A stretch of 63,619 nucleotides of DNA, filler included, from Candidatus Nanoarchaeia archaeon (GTDB taxonomy: Archaea; Nanobdellota; Nanobdellia; Woesearchaeales; DATDTY01), in assembly GCA_035290625.1 (NCBI GenBank). It is 6 parts of 6 records of this genome, joined end to end, with 100 filler letters (N's around TTAATTAATTAA, not from the genome) between each part and the next. Parts side by side here need not be neighbours in the genome. Positions count along the whole stretch, not along the records: positions 1 to 30,576 come from DATDTY010000014.1; 5 more parts are not named here. The stretch is one strand, 5' to 3'. Position 1 is the first letter of the stretch. Every line of letters starts with the position of its first letter. A model generated the notes under the pieces. That model was given only the letters and a program-made list of their open reading frames with translations, was not told the DNA's origin and made no database searches. Positions 19,271 to 29,370 of the stretch are shown in pieces. The position numbers were made by a program, and so were the translations under genes.

Positions 19271-20723
19271 ATGGAAGAGAAAACAAGTATAAAACAAGCT
19301 GAGGCAGAGGCGCAGGAAAGCGCTGGTTGTATTCACTGATGATGGTGATAACTCTTTTCAGATACTTTCTACAATCGCAAGGGTGAGTGGGGGAACCTAC
19401 GATGAGTTGCCGGATATTGTTTCCGATTGGAGAAAATTCAAAGGCCCATTTTACAGATTCAATGACCCTCTGAGTTCAAAAGAGGAGATATCAATTGCAG
19501 AAAGATACCTGACTCCTATGTTGTTCTGTGGGAAGCCCGATTCAATTGATCTTAAAAGATGGTTTATTAAGTGCTTGAGTAATGACCAAACAGGATTTAC
19601 CGGCTTCACTTCTTTAGTTGATGTTGTTGAATCTGAAGCATTGGGATATGATGGCAAAATAAGATTGCTGCCGTCCGCATCTTTTGTTGAGCCATTTGCG
19701 GTTGAAAAGCTGGATAGCGCTGGTTGTGATAGGCTATTTGGAATTAAAGAAAGATTGGACAGATTAGACTCAACAAAAATAGGAGAGATAAATGATTTAT
19801 TAAGAGAGGCAGAAGCACTTTGCCCAGTCAGTATAAATAGAAAGAAAGGCAAAAGCCCAATCTTCTTTTATGGTGTTTCAGATAAACCATTTCAATTGCC
19901 TAAATTAATGTATGCCAAGCTAGCAAAAACTGCAAAGACGGCCTATACTGCTTTATGTTTGGCAACAGGAGAAACAGACAGAAGTATTTTCACAGGGTCT
20001 ATTGATTTTATGGTTTGCGGAGATGATATGTACTTAATAGATATCGGAGCTCCTGCAGTAGGTTATGTTGCAGACATACTCGCTGCGAGTAAAGCATTGG
20101 GTAGAAAGCCGGAAGTAGGAATTGAAAAAATTGTTTCTACACTTAATGGAGCAATTACAATACCTCAAAGCACGTTATCAAGAGAGTTAGGATTTTTTAA
20201 ACAAGAAAGAGGATACCTAATCTCCGAACTAAGAAGGGGTAGTGTTGCTGTTGAGGAGATATCAGATGAGGCTAACGAAGCAATAATTGATGGAAAACCG
20301 TTGCCTACGAGAGCATTTGACTATCTTAGTAGGAACCAACCCATAAGAAATAGTATCCTCTCGGGTATTAAAGGAGATTTAGCTATCCAGGGTATCAAAA
20401 TACCTGAGGGAGTAGTACTACAACCAGATGATTTTGCATTGGCAAGATTTTACGAAAGCTCTAGACTTGGAGAACAAGACTTTGGATTATTGATAAAGAA
20501 AAAGGTGTTCTTCAAAGAATATGAAACCGGAACCGGATATTTCAAGCCTTTGGTAACGCCTGTTTGGGGCAGAGAGATAAGAGCAGACGGCAACCGCAGT
20601 TGCCTCTTCGAGCAATTTGTTCCAAGTTTGATAGAAACTGATGTTGCAGGGGATAAGAGAGGCAAGCGCTGTTATGAAATCAGGATGTACTTTGTTGCAG
20701 GCGAACCGCAGCAACCCTTATAA
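19271..20723 (+). CDS. Circularly permuted ATP-grasp-like ligase, possibly frameshifted near the 5' end
   Basis: SIDF...YLIDIGAPAVGY, then LLIKKK...GTG, EQFVPS and EIRMYF in the order expected for CP-ATP-grasp. ATG 19271 has an AGGAG SD but is out of frame; the main frame is open from ~19293 (GTG at 19383). Confidence 0.55.
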
Positions 20724-20746
20724 ACAATGCCCATTTTTGCCGGCCT

Positions 20747-21667
20747 ATGGCGTATGAGCTCACAGGCATTACTGATTGGATCAATTCCAAGCCCCTAACC
20801 TTGCAAGGCTTGAAAGGGAACGTTGTGATGGTTGACTTCTGGACCTACAGCTGCGTCAACTGCATAAGGACCTTGCCTCACCTCATCTCACTCTATTCCA
20901 ATTACAAAAGCAGGGGGTTTGTCCTTGTCGGCGTGCATTCTCCAGAATTTGAATTTGAGAAGGAGGCCAAAAACATAAAGAAAGCAGTCAAGGACTTCGG
21001 CATTCCGTATCCTGTTGCCAATGACCCGGAGATGCAGACATGGGCTGCATTCAACAACCGCTACTGGCCTGGCCATTATCTCTTTGATAAGGAGGGAAGG
21101 CTCGTAGAAACCCATTTCGGCGAAGGAAAATATGCAGAGACTGAAAATCTTGTAAGGAGGCTTCTGGGCTTGAATGAATTGCCCGCTGCGGGAACCTCTT
21201 CTTTTCTGAAAAGGATCTTTTCTGGCTCTGTAACCCCCGAGACCTACTGCGGCTCTGACCGCGGCCCTGAAATCGGTTCAGCGGCAGTATGTTTGCCTGA
21301 CGCAAGCTGTAAGTATATTGACCAGGATCAGCATAAGCCGGGAATGCTGTATCTTGATGGAAATTGGGCCAGGGAGCCTGAGTTCCTTGAGCACAGAGGA
21401 AAAGAGGGCTGGCTTTCGCTCGTTTTTACTGCTTCAGAAGCGAATCTTGTCATGGCAGGGAAAGGCACGATTATTGCCACAATTGATGGAAAAGCCTTAT
21501 CAGAAACGGAGTCTGGAGAAGATGTTTCCTTTAAGGATAAGAAGTCTGTCCTCGCAGTTGATTCTCCCCGTATGTACAGGATATTTAAGTCAATGAAGAG
21601 AGAAACCCATGACCTGAAATTGATGGTATCAGGCAATGTTCAGGCATTTGCATTTACATTTGGCTAA
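20747..21667 (+). CDS. DipZ-like TlpA thioredoxin family protein
   Basis: DFWTYSCVNC, GVHSPEFEFEK and TPETY motifs. Confidence 0.9.
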   Translation: MAYELTGITDWINSKPLTLQGLKGNVVMVDFWTYSCVNCIRTLPHLISLYSNYKSRGFVLVGVHSPEFEFEKEAKNIKKAVKDFGIPYPVANDPEMQTWAAFNNRYWPGHYLFDKEGRLVETHFGEGKYAETENLVRRLLGLNELPAAGTSSFLKRIFSGSVTPETYCGSDRGPEIGSAAVCLPDASCKYIDQDQHKPGMLYLDGNWAREPEFLEHRGKEGWLSLVFTASEANLVMAGKGTIIATIDGKALSETESGEDVSFKDKKSVLAVDSPRMYRIFKSMKRETHDLKLMVSGNVQAFAFTFG

Positions 21668-21680
21668 CGAGCAGCATTGG

Positions 21681-21809
21681 TCAATCGTGCTCCAAAAAGG
21701 ACAGGTTGAGATGCCCGAAAGTCTCTTTTGCGCATGCTTCGCAATACCACTTGCCAGAGCCCTTGACATGGTAATGGGCCTCTTCCTTGCATGAGCTGCA
21801 CTCTCTCAT
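21681..21809 (-). CDS. Small Zn-finger protein
   Basis: CSSC...CEAC in 42 aa. Confidence 0.65.
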   Translation of the reverse strand: MRECSSCKEEAHYHVKGSGKWYCEACAKETFGHLNLSFLEHD

Positions 21810-21875
21810 AGAAGGGGATTGTTGCTGGCATATATTATTTTTTTGGTTTGCGAGAGCCCTACAACTCCTTTTCAT

Positions 21876-22172
21876 TCATCCATTAAATTTCATCCTTAGG
21901 GAATGGAGCCTCTTGAGATAGGCTCCAAAGGCTTTTTTATGAGTCCCTATACTCAGTAACCATATCGTATTTTTCTCAATATAATAAATCACTCGGACAT
22001 TATCTGTAATAGGTTCTCGATAACAATTTGATCCTCCGCTTAAATGCTTCAATCGTAAAGGATTCTCTTTTATCTTCTTTTTCTTGTCATAGAAGTTTTG
22101 TAATTCCCTCACGCCCAATTTATCTAAATCTTTGAAGAAGTCGGGATGCTATTTGATTTCCCAATCAGCCAA
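21876..22172 (-). pseudogene. RelE/ParE-like toxin with an in-frame TAG at codon 8
   Basis: MADWEIK*HPDFFKDLDKL...KHLSG...RVIY...IGTH; stop codon at 22149-22151. Confidence 0.75.
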
Positions 22173-22368
22173 CGTTTACCCCTCTTTTTTCGAGGTATTT
22201 GTCTAATTCTCTCTCCGACTTCCCTGCAATACGCCCTTCTTTGATATCTGTTATTCGCTTTTTTGCAACCTGATCTTCATCGATAAGCTCTTCAAAATGA
22301 GAAACTAATCTCTCAACATCAGACATAACCTCATCTAACTTCTGTTTGGGAATGCTTACGGTTTCCAT
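22165..22368 (-). CDS. Probable antitoxin
   Basis: 67-aa charged protein overlapping the toxin start. Confidence 0.7.
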   Translation of the reverse strand: METVSIPKQKLDEVMSDVERLVSHFEELIDEDQVAKKRITDIKEGRIAGKSERELDKYLEKRGVNVG

Positions 22369-22412
22369 GGATTAGAATGGTGTTCTTTTCTATATAAACA
22401 TATGGGTTTTGT

Positions 22413-23147
22413 TTACCGCTTTGCAATCTTCCAGAGCTCTCCAAAATACCTTTTTTGGCTTTCGGCCATCTGATCATTGCGTACCATGACGGCAAAGGGG
22501 TCTTTTGTCCAAGACTGCAAAACAACCCTGTCTCCGTAGATGATTGTTGCTGTTGGGATGCTCACTTTGATCGGCATAAACTTGTACTGTGCCTTCTTAA
22601 ACGTATAGGAATACTGCTTAACCCTTGCTCGCGCTTCGGGTGTATCGTTATAGATAATCCTCATAACCACGCCTTGCTTGATCCTTCTTTTATGCCAGTC
22701 ATCCATGAATGCCGGAATGATGGGATACGAGGACTTTGAGCTCCCATAAGATAAGAAACCCTTCACTTTGCTCCTGAGAATGTCATTCATAACAGTTTTC
22801 ATCCCTTCTTTCCCTTCGTAAATCTCAACGACAGGTCTGGACGAGCCCTTAGCTTTTTGCAGCGCCTCCAAGTCCGGCAAAACCTTAGAGATCCCCTCCT
22901 CTTTTTCATGGAGTATCCTGAGAAGCTCTCTCGGGTTTGCGGCAGAAAAGTATTTCTTGTTATTTAGTATAGCATAGGAAACCAGCCCAGAATCAATCAG
23001 CCTTTCAAGGATATCGTACACCAATGTCCGCGGCAGGTCGCTTTTTAGGCTGATCTCATTTGCTGAAGCATCTCCAATCTCCAGACATGCCAGATAGACT
23101 TTGGCTTCCTTCTCGCTCAACCCAAAATTCACAAGTGCAGCAAACAT
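22413..23147 (-). CDS. TrmB family transcriptional regulator
   Basis: GLSEKEAKVYLA...PRTLVYDIL HTH, plus a C-terminal effector domain. Confidence 0.9.
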   Translation of the reverse strand: MFAALVNFGLSEKEAKVYLACLEIGDASANEISLKSDLPRTLVYDILERLIDSGLVSYAILNNKKYFSAANPRELLRILHEKEEGISKVLPDLEALQKAKGSSRPVVEIYEGKEGMKTVMNDILRSKVKGFLSYGSSKSSYPIIPAFMDDWHKRRIKQGVVMRIIYNDTPEARARVKQYSYTFKKAQYKFMPIKVSIPTATIIYGDRVVLQSWTKDPFAVMVRNDQMAESQKRYFGELWKIAKR

Positions 23148-23256
23148 AAGAAGAGGGAGCGGGAACTGCTATATAAATCCTTCTATTGTCGTAAATTTTT
23201 TACAGCAAATATTTATAAGGTTGCCAGATTCGACACTATTATAGAGTGGTGAGATT

Positions 23257-24027
23257 ATGGCGTATAAGCAAAACATCAGGCCGCCTTCCGAAGAGGAAGT
23301 AAGGGAATTGCTCAGCGATTACCAGAAAGCAAACACAAAGGTAGAGGTTGACCCCTCATGGACAAAACATCTCCTGGCAACCCATCCGGTGCAGTATATT
23401 ACAACAGTCGGCAAGGTAAATCGCAGGCTCATGACCAACATATCTCCTTTTGCAACATGCCTGGATACAAGCTATGATCCTCCCTATGTGACAATTTCTG
23501 CTCACACTCGCCAGCACAGCATTATAGGCCAGCCTAAGAATAAGGGAAGGATGAACACCCACTCCAATATTATGCAGAATGGATTGTTTATTGTGAATAC
23601 GCCAGGAGCAGAGCTGCTTAATGTGCTTGACATCGTGGCTATTCCCTATGAACGCCAAAAGCTAGAAGACAAGATCCAGAAAGCAGGCTTAACCAAAGGA
23701 GTGCCATATGTGCTTCCCAAAGATCATGATGTGTACCCCCCAATAATCAATGAGTGCTTGGCTCATTTAGAATGCGAGGTTGTTGATATTCACAGGCCAC
23801 GAGGAAGCGATCACTATAATATTACTGGAAATGTGGTCGGGGCTTCGTATGACGTGTCTCTCGGAGAGGATTTAGATGAAGCCAGGAAGCATATCGCGGA
23901 GAGAAGCTTCCATCATTTTGGGCCAGTCTCAGGGGATCCAACCCAAAGGTATATCGCAATGTCTTCTCTATTCACAATACAGAATGAAACTCGGCTGCTT
24001 CTTGAGAAGAATGGCGAGAAAAAATGA
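23257..24027 (+). CDS. Flavin reductase family protein
   Basis: NISPF, THSNI...FIVN and ECLAHLECEV...SDH motifs. Confidence 0.85.
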   Translation: MAYKQNIRPPSEEEVRELLSDYQKANTKVEVDPSWTKHLLATHPVQYITTVGKVNRRLMTNISPFATCLDTSYDPPYVTISAHTRQHSIIGQPKNKGRMNTHSNIMQNGLFIVNTPGAELLNVLDIVAIPYERQKLEDKIQKAGLTKGVPYVLPKDHDVYPPIINECLAHLECEVVDIHRPRGSDHYNITGNVVGASYDVSLGEDLDEARKHIAERSFHHFGPVSGDPTQRYIAMSSLFTIQNETRLLLEKNGEKK

Positions 24028-25391
24028 GAGTTGGATTAGCATGCCCATCGAACGAAGGCTGGGGCAAGAGCCATACAAAGGGGATTTATTATCCTGGCGG
24101 AATTTTGGCAGTCGGCTCCAGAGTCAGTGATTTCATGCCAACATGGGATGTCACACTTCTTGATGGAGAATTGCTCTCCATGAGTGATCTGGAAGACAGG
24201 ATAAGACAGTCAGATTTTGACGTTTTAGGATTAAGTGCTAACACGAACAATTATCAGAATTGCTTAAGGCTGGCACAATCTGCGAAAGACTCCGGTGTTG
24301 AAAGGGTTGTGCTCGGCGGGCCTCATGCTACTGCAGTACCAGCACAAATCCTAAGGAACAGGGCATTTATCGATGCAGTTATTGTCCATGACGGCGAAGA
24401 TGCCTTTTTAGGATATTTGAGAAGGCTCGGTGCAAACAAAAAGGATTTTGCAGGCATACAAAACCTATACTGGAGGGATGAGAGAAGAGAAATAAAAGAA
24501 AACCGTGTCGTTCTTCCGGCACAGCCTCCGAGGTTTGACGATCTTGACTTCACACTCATTGATCTGGAGCCCTACTGGGAGCAACATGCTCAAGAATTTC
24601 CTGAAATCTCCTCCCATTTTGTTCAGGGGTTTACCCATGTGGGTTGCACTTGGAGAACAAAAACAGGCGGGTGTAGGTTTTGCGACATTCCCTACCCTGA
24701 CAATGGGTATGTGCCTCCCGGAAGATTCTGGAGGGAAGTAGATTCTGTAAAAGAGCACTTGGATATAGAATCGATGAAGGATTATGGGGATTGCATCACA
24801 GGGAATCCCGAGAGGGTAAAAGCCCTGTTGGATGCGCGGCCAGCCCATCTAAAAGATTTTGAATTCTCTTGTTATGCAAGGAGCGTTGAGATTGATGAAA
24901 AGATGGCAGATATGCTACAAGCGCTCAATGTCCGCTACGCGTATGTCGGTTTTGATTCCGGAAGCAATAAGATGTTAGCGTCAATGAGGCAAGGATACCT
25001 TGCAAAGCATAATCTTGACGCCGCAAAGAGATTGGCTAAAAGAGGGATCAACATCATGGGAAGCCTGATTGTTGGAGCAGAAGGAGAATCAGAAGAAACA
25101 TTGAAGGAAACAGAGGAATTTGCTGAAGGATTGGTATCAGGAAAGCAGAGGGTAACTCAACTCAATTGCGGTGTGTTAAATGTTACGCCAGGCTCTCCCT
25201 ATGGACTCCAGCTTAAAGAAAGATTCCCTGCATTAAAAGAGGATGATGTGTGGGATATCTTCGAGACGAGTAAGCTATGGATAAGCACGTATTGTAAAGC
25301 TCCGTATGACCAAATCGTAGAAACTGCAAAACGCATTACCAGCTTAAATCCGTCGCAAAGAAAAAGGAATCTTGGGTATATTGAAGAATAG
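24024..25391 (+). CDS. B12-binding radical SAM protein
   Basis: N-terminal B12 domain (LGGPHAT, DGE); CX8CX2C (CTWRTKTGGCRFC); GFDSG. Confidence 0.88.
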   Translation: MRVGLACPSNEGWGKSHTKGIYYPGGILAVGSRVSDFMPTWDVTLLDGELLSMSDLEDRIRQSDFDVLGLSANTNNYQNCLRLAQSAKDSGVERVVLGGPHATAVPAQILRNRAFIDAVIVHDGEDAFLGYLRRLGANKKDFAGIQNLYWRDERREIKENRVVLPAQPPRFDDLDFTLIDLEPYWEQHAQEFPEISSHFVQGFTHVGCTWRTKTGGCRFCDIPYPDNGYVPPGRFWREVDSVKEHLDIESMKDYGDCITGNPERVKALLDARPAHLKDFEFSCYARSVEIDEKMADMLQALNVRYAYVGFDSGSNKMLASMRQGYLAKHNLDAAKRLAKRGINIMGSLIVGAEGESEETLKETEEFAEGLVSGKQRVTQLNCGVLNVTPGSPYGLQLKERFPALKEDDVWDIFETSKLWISTYCKAPYDQIVETAKRITSLNPSQRKRNLGYIEE

Positions 25392-25474
25392 AGATCGCAT
25401 CTATATTCTCCACTACACTATTCTTTATAAATCCTCATCCTTTTGCCATTTTTTGAGGGGGAAGACAGATTCTT

Positions 25475-27085
25475 ATGGCGTGGGAACCGGCTGTTAAAGA
25501 CAGGCTTTCTTATTTTGTTTTGAATCCTGGAGAGGTAAAAGCCAATGTTGCTGTTGCCTTTCTCTGGACCATGCGCGATGTGATCCTTCCGAAGCTTGAC
25601 AGGAAGAACCTTGCCCTGGCGTGCAATTTCTACACCCCTGCAGGAATTGAGAGTATGGTGAGGAACGTCCTTGCGAACCCTTATATCCGCTATATCATCC
25701 TTCTGGGAGAGGAGTACTCAAGCAGAAAAGGAGATCCAACTGAGCTTACTTCTGCGAATGCGATGCGGACTTTTTTTTCAAAAGGGATAACTTCCGAAAG
25801 GAAGCTTGCTGGTTTTGAGAATGCAGTCTATTTTGACAAGAATATCCCTACTGATGTAATCACCAAAGTCAGGAATTATGTTGAGTTGATAGATTTGAAC
25901 GCCACAATGAAAGATGCGTCTTTTGTTGATAAGATCAGGGAGGCAAATAGGCTTATGGCTGTCTTGGAGAAGAAAGATGCATTTGCAGATCCGCAAACAT
26001 TTGCTGAGGAGAAGCCTTCAGGCATCATGCCCTTTGCAGGAGGCCCATGGCTTGTCAGAGGATCCACAATCCCAAAAACATGGATCGAGATCATGCATAG
26101 TATCTATAGGTATGGAAGGGAAAACCTGATGGATGCAAACACTGACCGCAAGGTGAAGGAGATCAATAACCTGGTTGCTGTGATCCATGATCCGCAGAAT
26201 CTTGATTTGAGCGTGAATCCTTTTTTGATCACATTGACGCCTGAGAAGATCAGGGCATATCAGCATGAAATCCTATCGCCGGAGCTGCCTGAAGGAAAAG
26301 CCTACACCTACGGAAATAAGCTGAGAGCATACCTGTTCCCTGCCCCTGAAAAAATCAAGGAATTATTAACAACAAAGGAGTTCAAGGATTTCGAGTTTGG
26401 CCAGGGAAAACACCTTGACGAGAATGTCGTGTACAAGGAAGGTGTTGCCGAGATTAACCAGATCAAGGACATGATCTATGCATTGGCAAGAAATATCTAT
26501 TCAAAGTCTGTCCTTGCGATAACATGGCACCCTGCAGATGAATTGACAAGGAAACACAAGAGCAGCCCTTGCCTCGTCCTTGTCCAGGCAATGGTTCAGG
26601 ATGAAAAGCTGAATCTCACAACCTACTGGAGGAGCCATGACATGGTCCAGGGCTGGCCTGAGAATGCGTATGGCATGGCAGCAATCCAAAAGGAGATTGC
26701 AGATGCTGTGCATATGCCCTGCGGCATTCTTACGATGATATCAAGCTCTGCCCAGATCTATAAAACGTATTATAATCAAGTGGAGCAGATGCTCGAGAAG
26801 TACAGGAAATATGAGATTGATTACCATGACCCACAAGGAAACTTTATAATCAACATCAAGGACGGAAAAATCCATGTAAGCCATACAGACCCTGTCACAA
26901 ATCGGGAGCTTGAGGCTTTTGAGGGGAAAACCTCAAAGGAGATTTATTTGAAGATGGCTGCTGCAATAGGCGCCCTGGATTTAGGCCATGCATTCTATTT
27001 AGGAACAGAATTGAAGAAGGCAGAGATTGCGCTGCGTGATCCTTCTCTTCGGTATGTACAGGATCAAGAATTGAAGAAAACTTAA
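25475..27085 (+). CDS. thyA: Thymidylate synthase with an MtrA-like N-terminal and a DUF4346-like C-terminal domain
   Basis: YTYG, SPCL and RSHD...GWPEN motifs; GIESMVRNVLANPYIRY at the N-terminus; DPQGNF...HAFYLGTELKKAE at the C-terminus. Confidence 0.88.
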   Translation: MAWEPAVKDRLSYFVLNPGEVKANVAVAFLWTMRDVILPKLDRKNLALACNFYTPAGIESMVRNVLANPYIRYIILLGEEYSSRKGDPTELTSANAMRTFFSKGITSERKLAGFENAVYFDKNIPTDVITKVRNYVELIDLNATMKDASFVDKIREANRLMAVLEKKDAFADPQTFAEEKPSGIMPFAGGPWLVRGSTIPKTWIEIMHSIYRYGRENLMDANTDRKVKEINNLVAVIHDPQNLDLSVNPFLITLTPEKIRAYQHEILSPELPEGKAYTYGNKLRAYLFPAPEKIKELLTTKEFKDFEFGQGKHLDENVVYKEGVAEINQIKDMIYALARNIYSKSVLAITWHPADELTRKHKSSPCLVLVQAMVQDEKLNLTTYWRSHDMVQGWPENAYGMAAIQKEIADAVHMPCGILTMISSSAQIYKTYYNQVEQMLEKYRKYEIDYHDPQGNFIINIKDGKIHVSHTDPVTNRELEAFEGKTSKEIYLKMAAAIGALDLGHAFYLGTELKKAEIALRDPSLRYVQDQELKKT

Positions 27086-27636
27086 GGCATGAACGGGAAC
27101 GGAATTGAAACGCTCTCAGCAATGGCTTCAAGCTCACTAGGCATTGTTGCATTTTTCTTAGTGTCCCAGAGAGTTGGAAAATCGCTCATGCCAAACACAA
27201 ACTGGTACAAGAGTGAGCATCCAATAACACGTATTGATGTAGTTTGATCCTCCAGTCCCTCAAAGCCGTACCGTTTCAGAACCCGCTTTGCATATTCCTT
27301 CTTGGCAGCCGCCTTAGGCAAAATATCGACAAAGGACTGGAAGAGAGTTATGAGAGTGTCAGCATAAGCGTCCAACTCCTTTGGCATACGATACGCGCTG
27401 CCAAGCACCGGAATATCAATAGTCCTATTACCAATGCATACCTCCTTGGTTTGAAGCTGGAAGGTATTCTTGTAGGTTCCTGAGCCGGCCCTAATCAAAA
27501 AAACAGGAGTGTCTCCATCAAGGATAATCGGAGCTGTACCCTCGATTTCGAACTTCTGCCTCAGCAGAAATATTCTGGCCTGCTGCCCTTCATTATAGTC
27601 AAGCTGCGGGCGTAAGATCACATATCCGGTAAGCAT
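27082..27636 (-). CDS. Hypothetical protein
   Basis: 184-aa ORF with a TATA box upstream. Confidence 0.65.
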   Translation of the reverse strand: MLTGYVILRPQLDYNEGQQARIFLLRQKFEIEGTAPIILDGDTPVFLIRAGSGTYKNTFQLQTKEVCIGNRTIDIPVLGSAYRMPKELDAYADTLITLFQSFVDILPKAAAKKEYAKRVLKRYGFEGLEDQTTSIRVIGCSLLYQFVFGMSDFPTLWDTKKNATMPSELEAIAESVSIPFPFMP

Positions 27637-27713
27637 GAGGAAGAGGGGTTCTGAGGATATTTAAATCCTAGCCCATCATAATCTTAATAAACAACCGAGC
27701 ATTGCTAGGCAGC

Positions 27714-28898
27714 ATGAATCCTTTCATACGCTCCTATCAGCCCTCCAGCCTCGCTGAAATACGAGGCCAGGAGAAAGCAGTGAAGGAGCTCAGAGCCATT
27801 GGAAAGCAGCCTCTTCTGCTCTACGGCCCATCAGGCTGCGGGAAGACATGCTCGGTCTATGCGTTAGGCAATGAGAAAGGGTGGGAAGTAATTGAGATTA
27901 ATGCATCAGACGTCAGAAGCAAGGCCGCAATCGAAGAGAGGATAGGGCCTGCATTGCATCAGCAAAGCCTGTTCGCAACCCAGAAGATTGTCCTTATCGA
28001 CGAAGTCGACAGCCTCTCAGGAAACAAGGACAGGGGAGGAGTTTCTGCCATCGTGCAGGTGATGAAAGGCTCTCCCTTTCCCGTCATCCTCACCGCAAAC
28101 AACCCATGGGACCCGAAATACAGCTCCTTGCGATCAAAGTGCAGGCTTGTTGAGTTCAACGAGTTGAGCCACGAAGCAATTCTAGTGATCCTGAGAAGGA
28201 TCTGCGAGAAAGAAGCGATTGTGTATGACGAGTCCAGCCTTTCAAGCATCGCGCATCGTTCAGGAGGCGACTGCCGCGCAGCGATCAACGATCTCCAGTC
28301 TCTTGCAGCAGGGAAAAGGCTCATGAAAGAAGACCTGGACGCGCTGTCCTACCGGAACAAGATTGAAAGCATGCCGAAAGCCCTGGTAAAAGTATTCAAG
28401 ACTACGGATGCTGACATCGCCTTACATGCGTTTGATGACATTGAAGAAGACCCCGACAAGGCAATGCTATGGATCGAGGAGAACCTTCCAAAGGAGTACA
28501 CCAAGCCGAAAGACTTGGCAGCTGCATTCCGCTTTCTTTCCCAGGCAGACATCTTCAGGAGAAGGATCCGGAGGTGGCAGCACTGGCGCTTTCTCATTTA
28601 TGTGAACGCATTAATGACTGCTGGCGTGGCAGTGGCAAAAAAAAACAAGTACAAAAGCTTCGTGCAGTACAAGCAAACAACAAGGATCCTGAAGATATGG
28701 AAAGCAAATATGCAGTATATGAAGCGGAAAGCCATTGCAGGAAAAGTTGCAAGGAAGACGCATTGCTCAACAAGGGTTGCTATTCAGTCTACCATTCCGT
28801 ATCTGGAGATTATCTTCAAGAAGGACAAGAAAGAGGGGGAGAAGATATCCAAGGATCTTGGCCTCCAGGAAGAAGAGGTGAAGTGGCTGGAGAAGTGA
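27714..28898 (+). CDS. rfcL: Replication factor C large subunit
   Basis: GPSGCGKT, EINASD, IDEVD, GDCRAAINDLQ and WIEEN motifs. Confidence 0.92.
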   Translation: MNPFIRSYQPSSLAEIRGQEKAVKELRAIGKQPLLLYGPSGCGKTCSVYALGNEKGWEVIEINASDVRSKAAIEERIGPALHQQSLFATQKIVLIDEVDSLSGNKDRGGVSAIVQVMKGSPFPVILTANNPWDPKYSSLRSKCRLVEFNELSHEAILVILRRICEKEAIVYDESSLSSIAHRSGGDCRAAINDLQSLAAGKRLMKEDLDALSYRNKIESMPKALVKVFKTTDADIALHAFDDIEEDPDKAMLWIEENLPKEYTKPKDLAAAFRFLSQADIFRRRIRRWQHWRFLIYVNALMTAGVAVAKKNKYKSFVQYKQTTRILKIWKANMQYMKRKAIAGKVARKTHCSTRVAIQSTIPYLEIIFKKDKKEGEKISKDLGLQEEEVKWLEK

Positions 28899-28899
28899 G

Positions 28900-29367
28900 C
28901 TAACTCTTCCATAACGCTTTCTCAACACACCTTGGCACCATGCTTGAAAGAGTTTCCTTATGCCCGAAGCTGGCAAGCTCCTTGACAAGTGTGGAGCTAA
29001 TATGGGCATATTCTTCTGAAGGAGGTATGAAGATCGTCTGCAGCCCAGGGTTCATCCTCGCATTCTGGAATGCCATCTGCAGCTCATAGTCAAGGTCAGC
29101 GCTTCCCCTCACTCCTTTCACAATGAGGCTGCATTTCTTTGCCTTTGCAAAATCAGCCAAAAGCCCGGAAAATGAGACGACTTCAACGCCTTTCGTTGAT
29201 TCCCGGATAAACTGCATCCTTTTGCTTAGGGAGAAAAACTGCTTCTTGGCAGGAGTCTCTGGAAGTGCAACAATAAGCTTGTCCACAAAAAGCAGCGCCT
29301 TTCTGACAACATCAAGATGCCCATGGGTTATGGGATCAAATGTTCCGGGGTAGATTGCGGTTTTCAT
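28900..29367 (-). CDS. coaD: Phosphopantetheine adenylyltransferase, bacterial type
   Basis: YPGTFDPITHGH, DYELQMA and ISSTLVKE motifs. Confidence 0.93.
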   Translation of the reverse strand: MKTAIYPGTFDPITHGHLDVVRKALLFVDKLIVALPETPAKKQFFSLSKRMQFIRESTKGVEVVSFSGLLADFAKAKKCSLIVKGVRGSADLDYELQMAFQNARMNPGLQTIFIPPSEEYAHISSTLVKELASFGHKETLSSMVPRCVEKALWKS

Positions 29368-29370
29368 AGA

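Noticed and set aside
22149..22151. Amber recoding (pyrrolysine or alternative genetic code)
   Set aside because: TAG terminates several conserved genes here and no other internal TAG was noticed.
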